In this document: positions 6,833-14,700 of the stretch, piece by piece
Position numbering within the stretch: the stretch's first letter is position 1
Layout of the letters: the number at the start of each line of letters is the position of its first letter
NCBI RefSeq assembly: GCF_000746205.1
Contig: NZ_JQKV01000001.1
Span: 1 to 32,000 of the forward strand
DNA from: Halorubrum sp. BV1
Lineage (GTDB): Archaea; Halobacteriota; Halobacteria; Halobacteriales; Haloferacaceae
Direction of reading: 5' to 3'
Length of the DNA stretch: 32,000 nt
Notes under the pieces: model-generated
What the model was told of the DNA's origin: nothing
The model's input: the letters and a program-made list of their open reading frames with translations, nothing else
Database searches by the model: none
Made by a program: the position numbers and the translations under genes

Positions 6833-7882
6833 TCAGACCCCCCTGAGAACGTCGGTCAGGCCGACCGTCTCCGTGAGTATCCACCCCACGAACAGCAGGT
6901 ACGCGACCAAGAGCGTGTACGACTCGGTGCTGGTGAGTCTGAGGTCGGTCCGGAGCAACGCGAAAAGGAGCACGGTCGCCACGGTGAGGACGCCGAGCAT
7001 CGGGACCGCAGTGGAGAAGTTGATCTCCGCGCTGCCGACGATCAACACCCCGATCGGGATCGCCACGAGCAGGTCGAACGTGTTCGATCCGAGGACGTTT
7101 CCGAGGCTCGTCGCGCCCCTGCTCTCGCGGGCGGTCCGGACGCTCACCAGCGCGTCGGGCAGGCTCGTCGCGGCGGCCACGACCGTGATGCCGGCGAGAA
7201 ACTCCGGGACGCCGAACGTCGCAGAGAGCGCCTCGACCGACGCGACGAGCCGCTCCACCGTGACGACGATGACGAGCAGTCCGGCGGCGAGTTTCGCCCA
7301 CTCGCGGCGGACGTCGACCCCGGACCGGAGCCGATCCATCGCGGCGTCGCCGACGTCTTGATACTGGATGAACAGGTAGAGCCCGTACAATGAAAGCGGG
7401 ATCACCGCGAGCGGTCGCGTGAGTTCGCCGATGATCGGCTCTGTCGAGACCGGATAGTAGATGACCGCGAGCGCGAAGGTGACGACGAGCGCAGAGACGG
7501 CGATCATGTAGAACTGCGCCTCCTTGTAGACGATGGCGCGGCTGGCTTCGAGCGGCTCGTCGGTGCCGAGTCCCGACAGCGCCGGAATAACGAGGATGTT
7601 GAAGATGGCGGAGCCGACGAGCGCGCCGACGCCCATGTCGAACACGCCGACCGCGGCCGTGACGAGAACGCTCACGAGCTCCGGGAAGCTGGAGCCGATC
7701 GCGACGACGATCGATCCCTGCACGACCGCCGGCAGTCCGTAGTACCCCGAGAGCGCCTCGGCGGACTCCTCTAACCACCCGCTTCCGACCCAGAGCGCGG
7801 CCGTCGCCGCGGCGACGACGAGGACGTGAGCGAGCGGCGAGTCGGGAATGAGGGCCGAGCCGCCCGCGAGCGCTCCACCCAT
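6833..7882 (-). CDS. Ca2+/cation antiporter (CaCA, Na+/Ca2+ exchanger) family membrane protein
   Basis: Two alpha-repeat-like segments: GSIVVAIGSSFPELVSVLVTA... and LAGITVVAAATSLPDALVSV...LGNVLGSNTFDLL, typical of YrbG/NCX-type exchangers. Multi-pass hydrophobic throughout. Starts 3 nt after the malQ stop. Confidence 0.85.
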   Translation of the reverse strand: MGGALAGGSALIPDSPLAHVLVVAAATAALWVGSGWLEESAEALSGYYGLPAVVQGSIVVAIGSSFPELVSVLVTAAVGVFDMGVGALVGSAIFNILVIPALSGLGTDEPLEASRAIVYKEAQFYMIAVSALVVTFALAVIYYPVSTEPIIGELTRPLAVIPLSLYGLYLFIQYQDVGDAAMDRLRSGVDVRREWAKLAAGLLVIVVTVERLVASVEALSATFGVPEFLAGITVVAAATSLPDALVSVRTARESRGATSLGNVLGSNTFDLLVAIPIGVLIVGSAEINFSTAVPMLGVLTVATVLLFALLRTDLRLTSTESYTLLVAYLLFVGWILTETVGLTDVLRGV

Positions 7883-7885
7883 GAA

Positions 7886-9376
7886 TCACCGGACGTGTTT
7901 ACCGGCTAGCTCCCACAGCCGGTCTGCGATCTCGTCGTCGAGCGCTCCGGGTGACACGCGCCACTCCCAGTTCCCGTCGAGGGTACCGGGTTCGTTGAAC
8001 CGGGCGTCGCTCCCGAGTCCGAGCAGGTCCTGGACCGTCGTCATCGCGAGTACGGCTTCCGAACGCCACACCTCCTCGATTATCTCCCACTCGACCGCCC
8101 GGTCGCCGTCCGCGCCGACGTTGTACCGGAAGCAGTTGCGCTGTTGTTCGGGGAGATCGTCGTAGTAACCGACCCAGGTGTCGGTGTCGTGTGTCGAGGT
8201 GTAGCCGACCACTCCCTCGGGGTAGTGCATCGGCTGGTACTGGTTCCCCTCGGTGCACCAGTCCGCGTACTGCGGCACGCGCATGCCGGGGAAGCCGAAC
8301 TCGGCCATCAGGTCGTCCATCGCCGGTTCCTCGAAGCCGAGATCCTCGGCGATGAAGGGGGCCTCGCCGAGTTCGCGTTCGACCGTCTCGAACAGGTCGC
8401 GGCCGGGGCCGTCGCGCCACTCGCCGTCGGCCGGATCGTCGCTGTCGGCGGGGATCGCCCAGTAGGAGACGAATCCGAGGAAGTGGTCGAGCCGCGCCAC
8501 GTCGGCGAGGTCGAACAGCCGGCGGAACCGCGCGATCCACCAGTCGTAGTCGCGTTCGGCCAACCGGTCCCAGTCGTACACCGGGTTCCCCCAGCGCTGT
8601 CCGTCGTCGCCCGGGTTCGGCGGGACGCCGGCGACCACTGTCGGCCGACCGCTCTCGTCGAGCCGGAACGCCTCCGGGTTCGCCCACACGTCCGCGGAGT
8701 CGAGTGCGACGTAGATCGGCACGTCGCCGACGATCGAGACGCCCTCCGCCGCCGCGACCTCGCGAAGCTCGCGCCACTGCCGGTCGAAGGTCCACTGGAC
8801 GAACTCGCGGTACCGGACCTCCTCGGCGTGGCGCTCGCGGGCCTCGGCCAGCGCGTCCGGGTCGCGGGTCCGAAGGCCCTCGGGCCACTCGGTCCATGTA
8901 TCCTCCGGGCGCGACGACGATATCGCGCGGAACAGCGCGTAGTCGTCGAGCCACGGCTCCCGGTCGCAAAACGCCGCAAGCTCCGCGCGGTCCGACTCCC
9001 CGGCCCCCTCGTCGAACCGTTCGAACGCTCTCCGTAACAGCGGCAGCTTGTACTCACGGACCGCGTCGTACGCGACCCGGTCGTCGGGGAACGACGGAAC
9101 CGGTTCGAGGTCGGCCGCGTCGAGCCACCCGTCGTCGACGAGCCCGGATAGATCGATCAAAAGCGGGTTGCCGGCGAACGCCGACGGCGACTGGTACGGC
9201 GACTCTCCGGCCCCGGAGAGCGTCGGTCCGATCGGACAGATCTGCCAGTGGCGAACGTCGGCGTCGCCGAGGAACGAGAGGAACGCGCTCGCGCCGTCGC
9301 CGAGGTCGCCGATCCCGTGGTCGCCCGGGAGCGAGGTGAGGTGACAGAACACGCCGCCGGAGCGGTCGAATCGCAT
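7886..9376 (-). CDS. malQ: 4-alpha-glucanotransferase (amylomaltase, GH77)
   Basis: GH77 signatures: GGVFCHLTSLPGDHGIGDLG, IVGDVPIYVALDSADVW, GVPPNPGDDGQRWGNPVYDW, RLDHFLGF, FIAEDLG. ATG 9376 preferred over GTG 9397. No signal peptide. Confidence 0.92.
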   Translation of the reverse strand: MRFDRSGGVFCHLTSLPGDHGIGDLGDGASAFLSFLGDADVRHWQICPIGPTLSGAGESPYQSPSAFAGNPLLIDLSGLVDDGWLDAADLEPVPSFPDDRVAYDAVREYKLPLLRRAFERFDEGAGESDRAELAAFCDREPWLDDYALFRAISSSRPEDTWTEWPEGLRTRDPDALAEARERHAEEVRYREFVQWTFDRQWRELREVAAAEGVSIVGDVPIYVALDSADVWANPEAFRLDESGRPTVVAGVPPNPGDDGQRWGNPVYDWDRLAERDYDWWIARFRRLFDLADVARLDHFLGFVSYWAIPADSDDPADGEWRDGPGRDLFETVERELGEAPFIAEDLGFEEPAMDDLMAEFGFPGMRVPQYADWCTEGNQYQPMHYPEGVVGYTSTHDTDTWVGYYDDLPEQQRNCFRYNVGADGDRAVEWEIIEEVWRSEAVLAMTTVQDLLGLGSDARFNEPGTLDGNWEWRVSPGALDDEIADRLWELAGKHVR

Positions 9377-9469
9377 ACGCCCCCCTGTGTCCCCCACCGA
9401 CTCAAGCGTTGCGTCCGAGGTCGACGGCGGTCGTCGCCGCTCGTCGCGCTCTCGGTCCCGGCCCCCTCG

Positions 9470-11620
9470 TCACACCGCTTCGCGAACGACCGCGACCGCG
9501 TCGACGCGGATTCGCTCTCGTCCCTCGCCGTCGACGACGACGCACGAGTCGCCCGTGACGAGGTCGCGGTCGGCGTGGGTCGTCTCGACCGCGACGCTCG
9601 CCGGCTCTGGGGCGAAATTGAGCACGACGACGAGCGACTCGTTCCCGTCGCTGCGGCGGAACGCGACCACGTCCTCGGGATGGACGTCGCCGCTGGCGGC
9701 GATCGGCCGCTCGCCGAGGTCACCGCTCGCGACGTGGTAGTCCAGCCGTTCGAGGTCGCCGTCGGGTCCGAGCGCCGGGTGCGCTCCGCGGACGTCGAGC
9801 AGCCGTCTGTAACGCTCGCGGACCGGCTCGCGGGCGTGATCCCACGCGATCGCGTCTCTGCGCCCGCGCTGTCCGATCTCCTGTCCGGCGTAGATCATCG
9901 GCACGCCGGGGAGGACGAACGTCGCCGCGCCCGCCGCGGCCGCGGCCGCGTCGCCGCACTCGACCCGGTAGCGCGTCTCGTCGTGGTTCTCGATGTACTG
10001 CAGGAAGCCGGCGTGGTCGGGGAACCCGATTTCGGCGCGCTGGTCGATCGCGTCGAGGACGCTTTTCGCCGGCTCCGCCCCCCGACCGATCTGTCTGAGC
10101 TGGAAGTACAGCGTCGCGTCGAAGTGGACGTCGAACATCCCCTCGTGGAAGTCGGGGATGTACGGGATCGTCTCGTCCATCAGCAGGAACTCCCGGTCGA
10201 TGTCTTTCACGCGGTCGCGGAGTTCGCGCCAGAAGGCGTCCGGCACGGCCCACGCCATGTCACAGCGGAACCCGTCGACGAGCGGAGCCCACTCGTCTAT
10301 CACGTCGAGGAGGAACCGCCGGACGTGGAGGTTCGCGTGGTTCAGGTTCGCGATGAGTTCCCAGTCGAAGTAGGTGCCCGGCTCGCCGGAATCTTGCCAC
10401 TCGTAGCGGTCGCGGTACGGCGAGGCCGGGTTCTGGTAGGCGTCCTCGAACCACTCGTGGTCGCGGGCGGTATGGTTGGCGACGAAGTCGAACAGCACGC
10501 GCATCCCGTGGTCGTGGGCCGTCTCGACGAGCGCCTCGTAGTCGTCGCGGTCGCCCAGATCGGCGGCGGTGTCGAAGAAGTCGGTGATGTTGTACCCGTG
10601 CGGCTTCCCGTCGTGTTCGAGCACCGGTGTGAGCCACAGCGTGTCGACGCCGAGATCGGCGATCTCGGGGATGCGGTCAGCGAGCGCGTCGAACGCCTCG
10701 CCACCCTCCGCGTCCGAGAACGTCCGGACGTACACTTCGTAGACGGTGGCGTCCGACGCCCACGACGGCGGGTCGTTGAGCCGGACCGTCTCGAACCGCG
10801 TTTCGCCGGCCCCGAACGCCCCCTCGTCGAACGCGTCCCCGTCGAACGCCCCGGCGGTCGTCCGCTCGACCGCGACCGCGTCGGCGACGCTGACGCGCGG
10901 GTCCGCTCCCGGCGCGCGGGCGACGGCGACGGCGTGGACGCGAAGCCGGTCCGGAACCGCCTCGGCGTCGACGCGGAGCGCGCGCCCATCGTCGGTCAGT
11001 CGCATCGCATCTCGCGGGTTCGTTCGACCGGTCGCCACCGCGGTTTCCACGTCGCGGTCGTCGACGACGAACGTCACGGCCAGCTCCTCGGCGTCGAGCG
11101 CCGACTCCGGATTCGGCGTCGGCGTGGCGCGGACGACAACCTCGGTGCTGTCGGTCTCGCCGCCCCGCGTTCCGGATTCGTCCTTCCCTTCCACGGTCGC
11201 GTCGAGCCGGACGCGCGGGCGGCCCGCCCCCTCTCGGTCCCGGTGGGCGGCGTAGCCGCGGTCCGCGGTGTCGTCGGCGTCGCGGTCGCGCAGCGCGGTG
11301 CCGCTTCCGCCCGCGACGTCGACGTCCGCGTAGTCGGCGGCGAACGCGTGGACGGTCAGGCGGTGGTCGCCGTCGGGCGCGTCGAGTCCGAGCAGGTACC
11401 GGCCGGGCACGTCCGGCGTGAACTGCGTCACCGGCTCCGTGCCGACGGTCGCGTCGCTGTCTGGCGGTGCGTCGACGATGCGCCACGCGTAGCTCGCGTC
11501 CGGGTCCGGATCGCGCGGAGCCAACTCGGTCGTCTCGCCGGTCGAGAGGAACCGCGGGGGACCGGGGTGGTGCTGGCCGACCCGTGGCGCGTCCGTGTGG
11601 GGGTCTCCCTGCCGTGTCAT
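9470..11620 (-). CDS. Alpha-amylase family (GH13) enzyme with ~290-aa N-terminal extension
   Basis: GH13 regions: VLFDFVANHTA (I), VDGFRCDMAWAVP (II), FLLMDET (III), YIENHDETRY (IV), plus GVDTLWLTPV and HGYNITDFF. ATG 11620 preferred; GTG 11668 is possible. No signal or Tat motif seen. Confidence 0.88.
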   Translation of the reverse strand: MTRQGDPHTDAPRVGQHHPGPPRFLSTGETTELAPRDPDPDASYAWRIVDAPPDSDATVGTEPVTQFTPDVPGRYLLGLDAPDGDHRLTVHAFAADYADVDVAGGSGTALRDRDADDTADRGYAAHRDREGAGRPRVRLDATVEGKDESGTRGGETDSTEVVVRATPTPNPESALDAEELAVTFVVDDRDVETAVATGRTNPRDAMRLTDDGRALRVDAEAVPDRLRVHAVAVARAPGADPRVSVADAVAVERTTAGAFDGDAFDEGAFGAGETRFETVRLNDPPSWASDATVYEVYVRTFSDAEGGEAFDALADRIPEIADLGVDTLWLTPVLEHDGKPHGYNITDFFDTAADLGDRDDYEALVETAHDHGMRVLFDFVANHTARDHEWFEDAYQNPASPYRDRYEWQDSGEPGTYFDWELIANLNHANLHVRRFLLDVIDEWAPLVDGFRCDMAWAVPDAFWRELRDRVKDIDREFLLMDETIPYIPDFHEGMFDVHFDATLYFQLRQIGRGAEPAKSVLDAIDQRAEIGFPDHAGFLQYIENHDETRYRVECGDAAAAAAGAATFVLPGVPMIYAGQEIGQRGRRDAIAWDHAREPVRERYRRLLDVRGAHPALGPDGDLERLDYHVASGDLGERPIAASGDVHPEDVVAFRRSDGNESLVVVLNFAPEPASVAVETTHADRDLVTGDSCVVVDGEGRERIRVDAVAVVREAV

Positions 11621-11700
11621 GTCACACCCATCGACGCCCGGGGTCTTCGGTGTTGCTCTTCGAGACACCCGTGAGACTCCGATCGACCGCCTCGGTCGTC

Positions 11701-11712
11701 AAGACTTTTACC
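11701..11712. promoter_or_regulatory. Only A/T-rich (TATA-like) element in the GH13 / GH15 divergent spacer
   Basis: aagacttttacc lies 21-32 nt upstream of ATG 11733 on the plus strand. The same element read on the minus strand (ggtaaaagtctt) is the only TATA-like candidate for the amylase operon. Confidence 0.35.
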
Positions 11713-11732
11713 GCGGGTATCACAGGGTGACC

Positions 11733-14700
11733 ATGCGACTGCGAACCGCTCTCACAGAGCACGAACGTCGACGCGACGAGCGCTACCCGGCGGAGCGTCC
11801 CACGACCGCCGGCGCGTTCACGGGCGACGACGGACGGCTGGTCCACGTCGGACCCGACGGCACCGTCCACGACTGTTCGTACTCCCTGTCGGGAGTCGGC
11901 GGAGCCGACCGGCTCCGCATGGGGATCACGGCCGGGCGCGGCGTGCGCTGGTTCGACGAACTCACGACGACCCGTCAACACTACGACGGCGACACGCCGC
12001 TCGTCGAGACCGAGTACGACGCCGGGCGGTACACGATCCACCAGTTCGACCTCGTGGTCAGCGACACGCACCTCACGCACGTCGAACTCCGCGGCGCGCC
12101 GCCCGCCGGGGCGGAACTCGTCGCCGCCTGCGCGTTCGCGCCGGACATGGTCGAAGGCCGCGTCGGCAACCTCGTCCACGAGTCGGCCGGTCCCGAAGAC
12201 GGGAGCGTCGTCGAGGTGTACCACCGCACCGAACACGACTTTTTCACCGCCTCGACCGGGCTCTCTGCGGCGCACGGCCAGCGCCTCCGCACGATCCCCG
12301 AACTGCTCGGCGAGAGCGGCGATGGGTTCCCCCACCGCGGCGAGATCGACCAGCGCGAGGACTCCCGGCTCACCCCCGACGTCGTCATGCGCGCGCCGTT
12401 CGAGCGCGACGGACGCACAGAGCGCGTCACGCTCGCCAGCCGCGCCGTGGTGGACCGGCGAGACGCACGCGACACGGGCGAAGACGCGAAGGACGCGCTC
12501 TCGGACGGTCCCGACCGCCAGCGCCGCATCGACGAGACAGCACGCATCGCGACCGCCTATCCGGACGCCGGTGACCTCCGCGAGGCCGCCGCGGGACGCG
12601 GGCCGACCGTCCCCGACGACGTGCCGCGACGGGACGTCGTCGCGGGCGACCTCCGCACGCTCGACCTCCTCGCGGCGGAGTCGGGCGCGCGGATCGCCGC
12701 CCCGGAGTTCGATCCTTTCTACTCGACGTCCGGCGGTTACGGCTACACCTGGTTCCGTGACGAGGCGGAGGTGTCGATGGCGCTTCTGGACGCCAGCGAG
12801 GAGATCGGCCTCGACGCCGACGAGGACCTGCTCGCGACCGCCGCCTTCTTCTGTCGCACGCAGGACGCCGACGGCTCGTGGCCACACCGGGTGTGGGCGG
12901 ACTCGGGGAAGGTCGCTCCGGGCTGGGCGAACGCGCGGATCGAGGGTGCGAACGGGACCGCGGGTCCGAACGACCAGCTCGACCAGCCCGCCTCCGTCGT
13001 CGCGTTCCTCGCCCGGCTCCGTCGGACGGCCGACCTCCCCGAGGAGTGGCGCGACCGGATAGACGCCACCGTCGCCGACGCGGTCGCGTTCCTCCGCGAG
13101 ACCACCGAAGCGGACGGACTTCCGCGACGCTGTCAGAACTGCTGGGAGAACGCGCTCGGTCGGTTCACCCACACCGGTGCGACGTACCTCCGGGCGTTCG
13201 CCGCGGTCGCGCGCGCGCCGGTGGACGACGAGACGCGCGTCGCCGCGGCGGCCGCGGCCGACGACGCGCTCGCCGGGCTCGACGAGCGGTTCGACGCCGA
13301 CACCGGACGCTTCCCGCAGCGCGCGAGCGACGACGGCCGCGACGGCCGCGCGGACGCGAGCACGTTTGCGCTCGCGAGCGCGGCGACCGAGTACGCGGCC
13401 CTGCGGGACGAGCGCGCGGAGGTCGACGGCGCGCCCACCGACGGGTCGGACGCGGCGGTCGCGACGGCCGACTTCGAGCGGTTCCTCGACCGCGTGCAGA
13501 CGCACGTCGGGAACACGATCGACGCGCTCCACCGGGAGACCGCGGACGTCGATGGACTCGTCAGGTTCACGGGGGACGACTGGCGGACGGCAGAGCAGGG
13601 CGCGGCGAAGGTGTGGTCGCTCGCGACGCTGTGGGGAGTGACGGCGGCGGCCGAGATCGGCGGTCTCGTCGCCGACCGCGGTGGCGACGCCGGACCGCTT
13701 TTTTCGGACGCGAGGGAGCTGTACTCGCTCTGTGAGTCGGACGGACCGTTCGTCAACGACGCGGGGCTGTTCGCCGAACAGGCCTTCGACGACGGCGCTC
13801 TCGACAGCGCGACTCCGCTCGCGTGGTCGCACGCGCTCCGGATCGACGCGACGGTAACGCTCGCCGCACATGGCGCGCTCCCGGTACCGCACGACCGTCC
13901 GACGGGACCGGACGAGGCTCCGCACTGGACGACGGGGCGGAAGTTCGGCGTCGGAACGCCGGCCGACCACGACGCCGACCGGCCGGTTCCGGTCTGGTAC
14001 ACGCTGACCGAGGGGGCGCTCACCGAGGCGCGGTTCCCGCGGATCGACGTGATGAACGTGCGGACGTTCGATTTCCTCGTCGCTGACCCGGAGACGGGGT
14101 ACACGATACGGACCTTCGACGAGACGAGCCATGTGACGGCGACCGAGACGGTCGAGCGAACGACCGAACCGACCGTCGGCGACGCGCTCGCGTACACGCA
14201 GACGATCCGCGAGACCGGAGACGGCCACGGCCACCGATGGACGCTGACCGTCGAGTACGCGGTCGACACGGAAGGAAACGCCATCCTCGCCGACGTGGAG
14301 TTCGAGGGGAGCCGCGAGTACGACGTGTACGCCCTCGTCGACACGACTATCACGAACGTCGGGACCAACGACCGCGGCGACCGGGTTCGCGACGAGGAGG
14401 GGTACCACCTGCTCGCGCGCAACGATGACGCGGCCGACCGCGACCCGGGGAAGCTCGTCGACGACGACGGGGAGTCGTTCGAGGTGGCGCTCGCGCTCGC
14501 CAGCGAGGACCGCTTCGACTGGGCCAGCGCGCTCGCGGCCGGCGGCCACGAGGCCGACGCGCTGTTCGGCGAGGGAACGCGCGGCGAGGGGATCGCGGAG
14601 GCGGTCGGCAACGTCGTGTTGGCCGGGCTGGTCGGCAGCGGCACGGACGTCTCCGACACGGTCGCGCTCGGATTCGCCGAGGAGGCCGACACCGCGGCCG

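Noticed and set aside
6651-7889. 412-aa minus-strand ORF in an alternative frame over the CaCA gene, with an acidic-looking tail extending into 6651-6832
   Set aside because: The body is Arg-rich junk, and the CaCA frame has clear transporter repeats. The acidic tail (…EKDVEHQPEGSPRDETADRD…) has no ATG, GTG or TTG start downstream of the CaCA stop, so it cannot be an independent gene.
9248-11674. 808-aa plus-strand ORF antisense to the GH13 amylase (and the 7899..8969, 8144..9037, 8308..9057, 8704..9339 ORFs over malQ)
   Set aside because: Arg/Val/Asp/Pro-rich low-complexity translations. The GH13 and GH77 motifs on the minus strand explain the region.
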